DNA of 55,053 bases, the filler included, from Asterionella formosa (taxonomy: Eukaryota), in the NCBI GenBank assembly GCA_002256025.1. It is 4 parts of 4 records of this genome, joined end to end, with 100 filler letters (N's around TTAATTAATTAA, not from the genome) between each part and the next. Parts side by side here need not be neighbours in the genome. Positions count along the whole stretch, not along the records: positions 1 to 13,717 come from NKIB01006483.1; 3 more parts are not named here. The stretch is one strand, 5' to 3'. Each line of letters starts with the position of its first letter. Position 1 is the first letter of the stretch. The notes under the pieces were generated by a model. That model had not been told where the DNA came from and did no database searches. It saw only the letters and a list, made by a program, of their open reading frames with translations. Of the stretch, positions 1-12,439 are shown in pieces. The position numbers were made by a program, and so were the translations under genes.

Positions 1-623
1 CATCATTTGAAATTTTCATATGTCTTTGCGGACATTACAATGGTGTTATCTGTGTAACTGCAAATTTCGGAAGAACAAACCCCCAAACATTGAGTTCCTG
101 GAATACATAATGAAACTACATATTGCGGTAGTGCATCGAATCATTCAAGGAAAGAAGTTAATGGCAGTGTTACTGCTGCAGCATTTAGGGAGAGTAGACA
201 ACAAGAAGAGATTATGTGTCCTATCCTTGAATCAAGTGGCCATAATCATCCATTTCATGACGACAGCGACAATTCAGTTTATAACGATATTCAGTCACAA
301 CAAGACGAACAATTGAGACTTAAGAGTCTCCAAGGATTGAATGCAGAAACCATGCAATATATTTAGATTTTCAAGATCACACCGGCTTTCTCCCTGAAAA
401 TGCAATGGAAATGACCCTTTCTCCTCAATTTCAACTTCCAAGTAAACATTCCCTAAACATGCGCGCATCCAATCGAATTAGAACTCATATTATTCCATAA
501 TGAGAATTACATTCCACCAGTTTACTTTAATCATCTAATAAAATGGCTGTTCAAGGCAAAGGCAATGAAATATTTTGATGGAAGAAGGTATCAAGCTCCA
601 TCCTACCAGACTTTGAAAAACGA

Positions 624-2802
624 ATGGATATTTCATTTCCACCAACATTAGCTGGTGGTCAACTGTTGACAAAACAAATACAGATTGATAACAATTCAAA
701 CATGATCATCCCACGCACACTTCATTATTTCGAACCAGTACAGCTCATGGCAGGATTGCTACGCGATTCCCATATCATGCAACATTTTGTATGTCACCCA
801 CAAGTGAAACTTACAACTTCTTGTGGAGAACACATATATGACAAAGTAACTTCCGCGACTTGGTTTGAAAATGCGTTCAACAATTCTCCTGTATCAGAAA
901 ATGGAGTGTTGAAGGCAAGACAGGGTGTTTATTTGTTGCCCTAGCAGTTTTCAGTGATGGTTCACCTATTGATAAACAAATGAAACATTCCGAGCATCCG
1001 TTTTTTTTGACAATGTTAAACTTAACGTTCGAAGGAGCGAAGGAAAAACGTTGATGGATGGCAATTGGTATTTCTTTTGCCAGACATTGAAGTCAGTGAT
1101 CTGGCGAAACAAATGAATAATAAGTTATCTGGTGACGACTTGTCCTTATATAGACTCAAATTATACCATTCTGTTACAGGATTTCTATTGTCGCCTTTCG
1201 AAGATCCAAACAAGTCATACAATATTTGGGTTCATGGTCTTGGTATGACAAAAGTTTAATTCCAGATTGGAATGATCATTGGTGATACAGAAGACCACAA
1301 CAAAATTTGTGGTTTCAGGGGTGGTAATGGATTATATAGACGATATGTTTGTCGCGATTGCTTGCTTGCTGGTTTCAACTGAAGATGCTGATAATCCCGC
1401 CCGATATTGGATGTGAACGTCGTAAAGTGTCAGATGTTAAAAAGATTTTAAACAAATTTCTTGACAAAAATGCATATCCCGATGGAAAATTACCATGTAT
1501 CCCACCTGAGTATTGTGTCTCCCAATCTAATGGCAAATACGCAACAGCAAACAAGTGGTGCCGTGTTATATCGCATAATCCTATTAAGCCTGCACTAATC
1601 AATCATTTTTTTGGTGGTGACTTATAAGGATTATTTGGTGCAACTCCATTTGTGGTTCTTTATCAATTACTACTTGGAATATTTAAGTACATTTTGGAAT
1701 CATACACAAATTTCGGACTATCCCTGAAGAATGGACATGTTTCTTTAAACAAAGAAAATCACCAGATATTTTGATCAAGAGCAACCGAAGAAACGGGCAA
1801 AGACCAAAAAGGTCACACGCACCACTTACCGAAAATATAGACTCTACAATGGCAAAAATCAAGACCCAACACTTGTACCAGCACCAGAAATGTTTTTTCG
1901 AAACTATACTTCGAACAAAGTGCTAGATAAATCAATAGTCATTTGGAAAGGCAAAGCGATCGTAATATTACAAAATTATCATACAGATCTGGGATGACAG
2001 ATTATGTCTGTTAACTATTTTTTCAATGGGTGGAATGATGGGTTCAGGGAACATGCACCTAGAAAAGGATTTCACATTGCTGTTATGGTTATGTATTTCT
2101 ATCAATGACACTTTATTCATACCGCAGTATACATCAACATGTATTGATACTTTAGAGGAAAGGGTGAAGAGATTTATGTCAGTTACTAAGATTATGATTG
2201 GTCCTCAACGGGAAATGATATCTCAAATTGGCTTACAAATGGCGAATTTCATGGAATGAAACATTGCCCTCATCTGATTTGGAAGTTCGGATCGCCTTTA
2301 AATTTCTTTGGTGGATATTTGGAGTCTTTTTTGAAAGACAAATTGAAACGAGTGACTCAGTAAGCGTGTCAATGGACAATTACATCGATTGAAGCATGAC
2401 ATTTTAACAAGGTCATATGAAACAAGGCAACTTTCCTTGGCACGAAAAATTGTGTTTGCAAGTGATTCATTACATACAGAAAACAAACAGAAGATGATGA
2501 GTAAAGTACATATCAATGTAAATGAGGGTATTTCAACAGAAATTGATTTCGAAGGAATGATTCCGGATACAAGGATGTTGCCTAGTACCTTGCCTGATAA
2601 TTTGGGAATGTTGCCTACCAAGATCCATTCACCATCCCTTCCTGTTAAAGTTCAATTCTCTGCTTCATCATCAAATGGTCTATGGACTATAGCAGGTGTC
2701 CCTAATAAGATTGAGAATGTATCACGGAGGAAGGTTGCACCCTTGTCTCAAAACTTTTTGTCAATTTTGATGCATCCAGAAATTTGGCCAAGAGGTGCAT
2801 GA
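624..2802 (+). mobile_element. Degenerate Plavaka-like (CMC-related) DDE transposase, pseudogenised
   Basis: Manual translation across stops and frameshifts gives ordered motifs: VFSDGSPIDKQMKHSEHPFFLTMLNL (~948), GWQLVFLLPD, MIIGDTEDHNKICG...CRDC (~1272-1360), GLFGATPFVVLYQLLLGIFKYIL (~1628) and FHGMKHCPHLIWKFGSPLNFFGGYLESFLK (~2246-2340). These match my recollection of the Plavaka transposase motif order; no HMM was run. Confidence 0.7.
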
Positions 2803-3104
2803 TTATACCATTTGAAGGGAGCAACTTTTTCATTCATTTGTTGGATCATATCTTTCACGTTGATAAAATCATCCTTCTTGAAAGATGAATTGCAAGGAAG
2901 TTGTCCAAATACTTTGTTTAACATTTTTAAATCTAAATAGGACGAGCTCAAAATTTTGTCGATACAAAATTGAAGAACAGTTATTTCCAACTGAAACATA
3001 TCCTCATGAGAATTTGTCGTTGTCACTTGAAGACAAACTGTTCCAAGATGAAAGCATGTTGACTTGGTTGGTGGGTCAGATGTAACAGATAACAAATCGT
3101 CTGT

Positions 3105-5005
3105 TCAATCTGTTGATAGCACCTGACATTTTAATACTTTCCAGTACTCCGTCTCCAAACGGAATTGTGCCCGGTTGCCAAGAAATTTTATTTCAATTGT
3201 AAATGGTCCACATGACCATCCACTATCATCTTCTGGTTGAAATAACACGGAATCATCATGTTCAGTGGCCATAATGATCTGCAATGGTGCTTTGGTGCCA
3301 GTATAGAAAGTTTCCGATAAACCAATATCTTCAGGTGTATGGGTTTCTTGTGGAAGATATCCTGTATCGGTGCATAACAAATCCAATTGTTTTGTGCATC
3401 CAGGGATGATGCAGTACTTACAGGCAAGGTGAAATACTTGATCCTAAAGTTCATCCACACTTGCATCTTTTCCTGGATCACAGACTTGACATAATCCATC
3501 ATTTATAGCAAAAAGATAATGCACAAAATGATTGTTTTCCTCCTCATCTGATCTTTTGCAATAATCAACTAGCACATAGTTACTTTCATGATGAAGTGGA
3601 TGACAATCACCTTGGTATATATACAGTTTGTTATTACTACCCTTTCTGGGTTCTCATCAAGATCAAATATAACCTTTACATCAGTTGGATGAAGTTCATG
3701 AATTATATAATGGATCATAGAGGAAATTGTTTCAAGGTCCCAATATGCAAGATCTTTAAAATCTAAAGATGATTTTTTGATACCTTTGACTCCATAAAAT
3801 ACAGAGGCGTAATTGCATATTTCTTGTGAGGTACATGTGTACAAATCTTTCCACAATTTTAGTTGTCCATGCGTTATCGGGAAACTGAAGGAAAATGCAG
3901 TTTGCTTTGGCATAACAACTCTAGAATGAAATCACGGCGCATAGCATTAATGAACCGGACAAAGTCAATGTCAGGACAAGTAGATAAATCATATATGGCA
4001 GAGCCACAGAGGTCCTCTATTGTACTGCCTAGGCGAGAGAGGTGGTCAACAAGGCGGATGACCTCCGCTAAGAATTCCACAACATCTTAGAGATAGGTGC
4101 AAAAGCGAAACCCAAGTTGGCTTGGCTCAAAAGGTCATGGGTATGTTCGATGTCGATGACGGTACTGACACCAGACATGTGGCAGTACTTCCGCAGACGT
4201 CAGGGATAGAAAGGAAACCTGTCTGATGGAAATGTTTGAGAGTCATAAATTCACCTAGTAGATGGCACTGGAGATCCTGCATGGAGGAAGGGGAACAATC
4301 GAAGAGAAACGAAGCTAGAGAGAGAGAGAAAGGGGGGGAGGGGCAGTGAGGATGTGGCGATCCCGAAGGGAGAGATTTTGTACAGATAGAGGACCTGCTT
4401 GGTGCCGGGAGAAAAACAAGAGAAAGAGTCGACCAGAGAAGGGCAAGGAATCAGAGGGGCAAGGGTGGTGTGGTGGAGGTTGAGGCTGATGTGTTTGAAC
4501 ACGGTGTGAAAAAACTGAGCATTGGGAGTGCGAAGCGTGTAATTGGGGTGATCAGCAACCTGTACGATGCACAGCAGGATAGGGGTAGAGCACGACCATG
4601 TCGAAAACAAAAGGGGCAGAGGAGGCCGAGAGGGCGTGGAGACAATGAGAACAATCGGTGTTGATGAGAATGCCTTCGGAGCGGCGGACAGTGGAGAAGC
4701 TGCAGAGGGTCATCCCAGTCAATGGCCACAACGGAAGACAAAAATGGGATAAGCAGTAGGGGTGGAGAAAAATGAACAACCGCACCACAAGGATAACCGG
4801 AACAACTGACCTTAAGGGAAACAGAGACAATCGGCGCGGGGTCAGAGGAGGAGAAAAGGTAGCGATAAAATTTGGTGATGGTGCCAGGAGGAGAGGGATG
4901 GGTGCTACTAGAAGGAGCAGGTGGAGATGGAAGGTTGCCTAAAGGGCAAAGGCAAACGCTGCCAAGGCTTCCAGAGATGGAAGGGGTTGGGGTAATCATC
5001 GTCAC
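3105..5005 (-). pseudogene. Fragmented reverse-strand ORF remnants of unknown family, probably element-associated
   Basis: A chain of overlapping minus-strand ORF pieces (4451-5005, 4552-4830, 4251-4610, 3874-4080, 3569-3913, 3105-3386) reads like one frameshifted coding region. No recognisable domain. Confidence 0.3.
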
Positions 5006-5367
5006 AAGCAGGAGGAAGACGATAAGAAGACAGTGATGATGGAACGTTGATGATGGAAATATAAGAGGGCTCTATAACCTGCGATAATAGCTAGTGTTCT
5101 CAATGTATTAGAAGACTATTGTCTACTAAGGATAAACTAAACGAAGTACTTCGAAAGTAAGTTTCAGGAATTGTGAGATTAGACTGAACTAAATATCGAC
5201 TATTAGAAAGTCAAAGAGAAATTACAAATGATGGCAGTTAACAACAAAGAAAAAATTTGGAAAATAAGTTGTAAGATCACCATGGAATATCAAATGGAAG
5301 CCAATGGCAGATGACGTCAAGAAAATGATAGAGATAAATATCTTGTAATAAGGAGCATGTTGCTAAT

Positions 5368-5644
5368 ATGGAAAGAAACAATAATGTGTTTTCTGAATCG
5401 AATAATAATGATTCTTCTACAACTCAGGATAGTAGTGGACTCATTTCTCAATATGACAATGGTGTGGATCATTTGGTGGAGAATGTTGCAAACAACGGCA
5501 ATGATCCATCGACTGCATTCAACAACAAAACTTTTCCTGAAATTGTATGTATTGGTTTGTTGTTCGTATGATTGATTTATTCACTCCCTTTGGATCATAC
5601 CCTTACATACCGAGCTCTGCAATTTTTCTTCCCATCTACATACA

Positions 5645-5677
<33 letters not shown>

Positions 5678-7064
5678 TTTTATCTACACAGCTTTCAGAG
5701 ATACTATCCATGCCTAGGAATAAAAGGTCCATTACATAGTTACCACATGGCAAACCATTCATGATTTTGGATCAACAGTTGTTTGTCACAGACATTTTGC
5801 CCAATTATTTGGGCAAATCTACCAAGTTTGCATCATTTACTCGAAAGCTAAGCCAATGGAAATTTCAACGCATTCAAGATGGACCAGAAGAAGGGGCATG
5901 GATTCATGGGGTATGAACAGCAATTCTGACCTATGGTACAGTATGTACCACGCTAGATCTACTATATCATTAGATGGTATAAGTCCTATATAAATAACGT
6001 TGACCTTATATGCTCTTCTATGCAGACCATATGCTTGTTTACTCTCACTGTAGAGATTTACACAATACACACTGTGTATGTATACCACGTCAACCATAAG
6101 TGAAAGGTGTACCAGTACCCATGGTTACTAGTATGTAGCTCGTAGTACATATTGCATTATGTACCCGCAGCTATATGTTACGTGATAACTATTGGTACAG
6201 ATGTATCTGTAGAATAGACGTACCAATGCTAGGCCAAAACATGACACCTAGCATGGACTCTTGACACCTAGTACATGCCCTTCTCATCAAGACCCTTGTG
6301 AGTCCCCTTGGACTAGGAGCCAATATAGATACACTAATCATTAAGCTTATAATTACCCAGAACCTACTTGTTGAATCCTGACAACCGTAGGGCAAATTCA
6401 ATAGATGCAGTATGATAGTATGTCATGGTCACATGCAAAACCACCATCACGAATCTAATATTCATTTTTTATTATCTTTCCTGAACTCAAAAGAACTTTG
6501 TAAGAGCTGATCTATCAGGTATGATACTAATGAAGTGTGCAAAGCGAAAGAAACCAATGAAACGAGAAATGGATTATCCTAGCAGGTCTTTGCCGTTGAA
6601 GAAAGGCTACTAGTCATGTGGGACCTATGGAAAATCAATGAAGGACACAGTAACAGCAACAGCAACATAATATGGCAATACCATGCCATCTACAACCACA
6701 ATTGCAGCAGTCACAAACAACCAGAACCGTACCACCAGGAGTACAGACTGTAGTTTCCGATCTGACAAAAGATTCAACAGTCTCTGCGGCTGTCAAGGTT
6801 TTGCTACAATCCAATCAAACAGACGCCATGCAACCACCATCACATCACCAACAACAATGTCGTCAGAGGCCACTTGGGCTTCCCAACTTTAAAGGAACAC
6901 CTTCGAATACAATTGATCTGTTACAAGCCCTTCAAGCTGCTAGAGCAATCCCAAGAAATCATGGCTCTAGTGATACCATGGTCGCACTACGAATTCAGCA
7001 TTATATTCAGCTGGAGCAGCGGCAACAACAGCAGCAACAACAACCGAGCCATCGAAGTAATTAA
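5368..7064 (+). pseudogene. Heat-shock-factor (HSF-type DNA-binding domain) pseudogene, 3 exons
   Basis: Exon 1 5368-5544 (...KTFPEI), GT-AG intron 5545-5691. Exon 2 5692-5910 reads LSEILSMPRNKRSIT*LPHGKPFMILDQQLFVTDILPNYLGKSTKFASFTRKLSQWKFQRIQDGPEEGAWIHG. Intron 5911-6493, then exon 3 NFVRADLSGMILMKC and a frameshifted Q-rich tail. The conserved Trp of WLPHG is a TAG stop at 5737-5739. Confidence 0.8.
5637..5674. repeat. (TACA)n microsatellite in HSF intron 1
   Basis: About 9 tandem TACA units read directly. Confidence 0.95.
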
Positions 7065-7474
7065 GAACAAAGATTGTTGTTGCAAGTTCAAGTAATATAT
7101 AAATAAAAGGATTTTACCGGTGCAATTATAGAACATTATTGTTCTTTATTTTATTAGATTGCTAAAACTTCGATTTCCTCTGGTAAACGTGGGTATATGA
7201 TGACTTCGACAGGTATTCCCCTGGTACATCCATGTTACGCCAGTACCAACTAATTACTTCCAAGAGCTGTATGTGATCCTTTGTAGTCTTTGTTACATGA
7301 AGCAAGGCAATGGAAATGTAAAGTAACGGGTTTAATAAAGAAGGAAACTGAGCAATTTTTAGGATGAACCTGGAGCGATCACATGAGGAGTGAAAAAAAA
7401 AGACGAGATGTCCTCATAATCACGTCCTCATCCGTCAGATCACATATTCAAAGCTTTACAAATACCTATTTTAT

Positions 7475-9508
7475 CTAGCTCCTTCTAGCCTTAGCAATCA
7501 AATGCGGGGCCACTCTTTCCAACCCCCGCAGTACTTGTGGGTCTTGGTGCATCCCTAGATTCTTGCAGATAGCATAGACAATTTCAATATCCTTTTTCTT
7601 GCCTGACTCGGGCGCCGACAGAAAGAAAAAGGAAAATGTATGCGGTGTTGGCTTCACTTCCTTGACAATGCGTCGAAACATTTTTGTAGCAATGTGAAAT
7701 GCTCTATCTCGGGTCTCCATGTCATAGGGTTTTCGATTGGAAAAAGCACAGGCTGCCATAACTTCGTTCATGGTACGAACTGTGGGTTCAATTGATGAGG
7801 CCTCCATTTCTTCATGCAAGTTCAATGCTTCTTGCGCCTTGTGTTTCGAACTCGAAGATGAGATACATTTCAGTAGAGTACTGTACGTAATCACATTGAC
7901 GCCAATAGATTCCTTCATCTCGTGAAAGAGAGAAAAAGCTCTTCTTGTGGAATCACGGTGCTTACTCATGGCCCATGCATTAATTACCGCATTGTATGTC
8001 CATTGATTAGGTTTGCATGACTCATCCGCTGAAGCTTGCATTTCCCTAAGTAGATTTTCTGCCTTATCTGGGGCACCAACTTGGCGACTGTTGGCCCATG
8101 CAGATATCACTGCATTGTAGCTTGTAGCATTTGGTTGGCATTCGCTGGATACTTTCATCATTTCGAGGTATAATTCTGCTTTTTCTGCTGCTCCTTCGAG
8201 TCGAATGTTGGCCCAGACACTAATCAATGCATTCAATGTAACAGTATTTGGCTTGAGCGCAATATCCGCCTGTAACTCCTGCATTCTTTGAAATAATTCT
8301 TCGGCTTTTATTGCTGCATTTGGATTTCCACTCTTGGCCCAACCTGAGATGACAATACTAAACGAAAAGTTGTCAGGCGTGGCTAATGTCTTCAACGAGA
8401 TAGATTTATCACAGAATTCCTTGAGCATTGCGTCTGCTTCTTCCACTCTATTGTTAACCACCAACGCTTGGAACAGAGTATTATAAACATTCGTATCGGG
8501 GTGTAAGTTTTCTTTGCCTTTCTTAACTTTGTCCTGGAGTCTCGCCAACAGTGCCTTAGCTCGGTCCACGGCCACGATTCGACCACTTTTAGCCCACGCG
8601 GTTATGGCCGTACTATATGATGTTTTGTCAGAGTTTAGCATTGATAGCGCTAGGGATTCGTCATTGGAAAGTTCCTCCATTTCCATTAAGAGAGCTTCGG
8701 CATGCTCAGGAGCGTCCCGGGATTGACTCTTGGACCACGCATCCATGACAGCATTGTATGTCACTGTCGAGGGAAGGCAAGCCAGTGGATCAGCAGCTCG
8801 AATTTCCTGCATGGTTCGCAATATTTTCTCTGCGAACTCAGGTGATTCTCCCTGCTTTACAGCTCCACTTATGAGCAAATTGTAGGTGATATTGTCAGGA
8901 TATAGCTTTGGGATTTGGGTTCTATATTTGGCTAATTTGCAAACAACGTCCTGTGCAGTGATCCCCATTGGGAGGTGATTCCAGCTCCCTAGAACATGCC
9001 TCAATTGATCCTTCGTCAACATGGGATCTGCTTTATTGCTTCGAGTGCCTTCCTCTTCGGCTAGTCTATCAAACATTTTCCAGGCCATTTCTGTGTCATG
9101 ATCTGATAGCGTCCAGTTGTTCAGGATACTTAGCGCTCGCTCCCAATCGGTCGGACTGAACGATCCCAAATCGGACCGAAGGAGGTCATTCGTTTCTTGC
9201 AACAGTTTTTCTTTCTCGGACCCTCCTGCGGAATATGACTGTCGTTGAGATTCTCCTATGGATTCCGTTGTGCGAACGAAATTCAGATCGTCCTGATTGC
9301 TGGTGGTGGTGCTGCTGCTGGTGTCCTTGCCAGCAGATTTTACGTTAGCACTAGAATGCGCATCCGATGTACCGCTAATTCCTTGTATACTATTCGTAGC
9401 ATCACTATGTATACCGCGTCGATGGCCAATCCGAAGCAATGCGAGTGAAGGTTTGATAGCGGAGGCCTTCCGAGAAAGGGTTGAGGTAACTAGGCGCAAC
9501 ATAATCAT
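7475..9508 (-). CDS. Pentatricopeptide repeat (PPR) protein, probably mitochondrial
   Basis: Long uninterrupted ORF with repeated P[DN]xxTYNxxIxAWAKS-type ~35-aa motifs. First true ATG at 9508 (MIMLRLVTSTLSRKAS...). The N-terminus is R/S/L-rich and acid-free, like a mitochondrial presequence. Confidence 0.9.
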   Translation of the reverse strand: MIMLRLVTSTLSRKASAIKPSLALLRIGHRRGIHSDATNSIQGISGTSDAHSSANVKSAGKDTSSSTTTSNQDDLNFVRTTESIGESQRQSYSAGGSEKEKLLQETNDLLRSDLGSFSPTDWERALSILNNWTLSDHDTEMAWKMFDRLAEEEGTRSNKADPMLTKDQLRHVLGSWNHLPMGITAQDVVCKLAKYRTQIPKLYPDNITYNLLISGAVKQGESPEFAEKILRTMQEIRAADPLACLPSTVTYNAVMDAWSKSQSRDAPEHAEALLMEMEELSNDESLALSMLNSDKTSYSTAITAWAKSGRIVAVDRAKALLARLQDKVKKGKENLHPDTNVYNTLFQALVVNNRVEEADAMLKEFCDKSISLKTLATPDNFSFSIVISGWAKSGNPNAAIKAEELFQRMQELQADIALKPNTVTLNALISVWANIRLEGAAEKAELYLEMMKVSSECQPNATSYNAVISAWANSRQVGAPDKAENLLREMQASADESCKPNQWTYNAVINAWAMSKHRDSTRRAFSLFHEMKESIGVNVITYSTLLKCISSSSSKHKAQEALNLHEEMEASSIEPTVRTMNEVMAACAFSNRKPYDMETRDRAFHIATKMFRRIVKEVKPTPHTFSFFFLSAPESGKKKDIEIVYAICKNLGMHQDPQVLRGLERVAPHLIAKARRS

Positions 9509-9550
9509 TGTTGCACTGCCCTCCAATTGATGTGATAATTCTATTTGTTT

Positions 9551-9679
9551 TATTTGTGTTGATAAAATGGGCAATTGAAAGTCATAGTAAAAAGAATCCT
9601 AATCAGTCCTGAATTTACATGTAGCTAAATAAATATTGTTGTCATGATGCCAATCGACGGAAGCGAAATGAGGGGTCGA
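9551..9679 (+). repeat. Dispersed repeat family A (probable transposon end), copy 1
   Basis: Core AATTGAAAnTCAT...AAAAAGAATCCTAATCAGTC...GAAGCGAAAT is shared with 14130-14232 (+) and 26698-26830 (-). Confidence 0.8.
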
Positions 9680-10124
9680 GGTGTTCATTAATTTCAGCTG
9701 AATCATTTTATTCAGCTGAAATGATATGAACATTGTAAATCTGGTGAATAATTATGTTCTTTTTTTAAATTAGCAGTAAGTATACATATTTCTGATGCAG
9801 GCCTCATTATTAAACGTATGTAATTTTTGTGTAGATTTTATTTCATCCAGAACCCCATTTCTCTATCAAAGCTAATATTAATTTAGATAGCAGTAGGATG
9901 AGTGGCTGAGTGAGTGAGTGAGTGATAGAAATCTGTTCTTTCAAATGCTTACCTATAGCCACATGTACCTACTTGCAGTGAATCTTCCACAGAAGTAAAT
10001 GCACAACCAAATGTCTTGTACTTGTATACTGGGAAAGCTCCTCTGATTTGATGTGAGTTCTTCAAAGAAGAAGAATCACAATGAAGATAGTCGTGAAACA
10101 GAGTATGTGGTGAGTGCACAACTC

Positions 10125-10430
10125 CAGTCAATACAGAAACCGGAGCCATGACTGCAATAAGGAATGAAAAGGCGGCCACAGGCACAACTAAAAATGTGGA
10201 AACCGGAGCAACAAATGCAAAAAAAGGAATGAAAAGGCGACAGTAGCAGCAGGGAAAAATTCAGTCAATGCGGAACCCGGAGCCACGACTGCAAAAAGGA
10301 ATGAAAAGGTGACAGTAGCAGGAAGAACAATCAACAAAGACCAACGAAATCAATGAATGAAAAGGCAACAGTAGTAGAAGGAACAAGTCCAAATACGGAA
10401 AGCGGAACAACAAGTGCAACAAGGACTGCA
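10125..10430 (+). repeat. Degenerate ~60-70 bp minisatellite (4-5 units)
   Basis: GAATGAAAAGG recurs at ~10161, 10226, 10298 and 10355, mostly preceded by GAAACCGGAGC..ACTGCAA-like blocks. Confidence 0.85.
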
Positions 10431-10758
10431 AAGAGAATCGAAAATGCTAAATCAAGAACAAGGGAAATGCTTTTCATTAGAATTTTGTCATGTGAAAATT
10501 TTTCTTGTGTCTCCTGCCTGTTTTTTCCCATAACTGGCCCATGAAAGAGTATTTTTTATCTGGCAGCGAAGAACAAGATTGTCAGAGCTAGATCATGGCT
10601 GGAATTGAACACACAACACCTTTTCCATTTCATATCAAACAATGCATATTCAAGTTCAAACACAGGGCGAAGAACAAGCAGAAAAGGTATATAACCACAG
10701 CAATAACAGCAAAATATAAGAGAGAGCTGTTTTCCACCAATAAGAACAAGAGAAATAA

Positions 10759-10842
10759 CAGCATCAGCATCAGCATCAGCATCAGAATCAGAATCAGAAT
10801 CAGCATCAGAATCAGAATCATAATCAACATCAGAATCAGCAT
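10759..10842. repeat. (ATCAGC/ATCAGA)n hexamer microsatellite
   Basis: About 14 tandem hexamers. They generate the spurious ISISIRIR and DSDADA ORFs. Confidence 0.95.
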
Positions 10843-11298
10843 GAGCAACAGTCAAACTGTCACTGAACGATGGCGTCTTGTTTGCTAGATCGCAGGCTGC
10901 TCCTAGCAGTGGCAATGTGATGATCATATATCATCATGCTCATCATCACGAGATGAGCGGAAAGCCGACACAGTCAGTGGCCGACGATGGTGAAATTATG
11001 GAACTCATACACTGGTACTCCCTCAATATTAAGAGGAGAGCGGAGGCATAACACACAAGAGGATGCATTGATATGAAAATTTAACTGCTATAAGCAAATT
11101 GTAGATAAACATTTTTTTAATGTCAGATAAGTGTAATCTAAAATATTTCTATTATTAGAGCGCAACAACGATATTATGTATCAAATCACAAAAATAATTA
11201 GTGCTATAACACACACACACATGATATAATATTTCATTATTATCAGAGCGAGCCGAGCAGCCAGTAAGAAGTGTCTTCTCCCTCATCAACTGAAGTTA

Positions 11299-11340
11299 TA
11301 CCAGGTACCAGGTACTGGTACTGGTACTGGTACTGGTACT
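11299..11340. repeat. GTAC-based simple repeat, (TACCAGG)2 then (GGTACT)n
   Basis: taccaggtaccaggtactggtactggtactggtactggtact read directly. Confidence 0.9.
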
Positions 11341-12439
11341 CAAATATCACAAAGTTACTTGCTTCGACTCGATTACCTACTCATTCGACTGCCTTTTATT
11401 CAAATGTTCCTTTGTTTCTATTTTGATTCTTTGTTGAGGTTGATTTGTTGCGCCAACTAATCTAGACTTGTAGTTGGTTTTTGAATTTGGTTATAAGTAG
11501 CTTGGTTAGTTCCTTTCCTCCGGGTTTCCCATAGTAGCTGCAGTCGAGTTTTGCACATTAGCCATGGGTGGGAGTTTGGGTTGGTAATTTTTAATCTAAA
11601 GACTGTAAATTTGCAAGGCTTGGTGATCAACAATTTGCTTTTGTCAAAAGCTTATTCAGAGTATTGTGAGTTTTCTGCTTTGAACCCTCTGCATGGTTGT
11701 TCTCTGGCAGATAGACTCTTCCATGACCTTCTTGCGAGGTTTACATGTTTCTTTCTTGCCTTCGAAGTTCATCTTCATTTTTTTGCTGGATTTTAAATTT
11801 GCTGCCATGGTTGCTCAATTTTTCCCCAGTCTGCTTGTGCTGTTTGCCGATCTTTCCTGTTTTTCTGGGAGTTCTGGGAAAGTCCGAATATTGCGAATAC
11901 TTGTCCGAACATGCAGACCGGGTATGGTATATACCGGTAATCAAACAATATAACTGTACATAAAATAAATACAGTATATAGGAGTATACGCGAAGTTAAT
12001 TTTGTTTTATGATATTGTGTACTGGGTACATGTGTTATGCTTTGTATTGTTGGTACCAGGTACCTGGTACCAGGTGCCTAAGTGGATACATACGTAGTGC
12101 GCAGGGTTTCAACATGAATATGGATGCAGGTTCCTGGAACCGGTAAACACCAAAGATATGTGTAGATTGACTACTAGTATCTGGTAGACGGTACCAGGTA
12201 CCAGGTGACCGATCCTGCACATCGATACAGATGTAGATAGGGTTAGGGTTATATCAAATACATCAGAACTCAAAAATGAAAGAACTCGACTTACACCTAA
12301 TGTATACTTTGATGTCAACTTAGGAAACGAGTTGTACATAAGAATTAATTAATAAGCTCATGTACTCAACAAATACTACTACTTCTAGTTAGATACTTCA
12401 CTTTGAATTCAAAAAGAGTCCAATTAGAAAAAAACAAAC

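Larger units (their letters stand above)
9862..11264 (+). mobile_element. Possible non-autonomous Helitron-like element
   Basis: Begins TCTATCAAAGCTAATATTA followed by a (GAGT)n tract (9900-9925) and ends ...GAGCGAGCCGAGCAGCCAG|T. This resembles Helitron termini, but the end is CCAG rather than CTAG and no clear hairpin is seen. Confidence 0.3.

Noticed and set aside
9509..9574. N-terminal extension of the PPR ORF from 9574
   Set aside because: It starts at a non-ATG codon inside repeat family A. The first ATG at 9508 gives a plausible presequence.
10556..10927. ORFs with DSDADA, ISISIRIR or MLMLIL runs
   Set aside because: All arise from reading the (ATCAGM)n hexamer repeat in different frames.
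12238..12251. Telomeric repeat TAGGGTTAGGGTTA
   Set aside because: Only about two units; compatible with chance or part of a retroelement leader.
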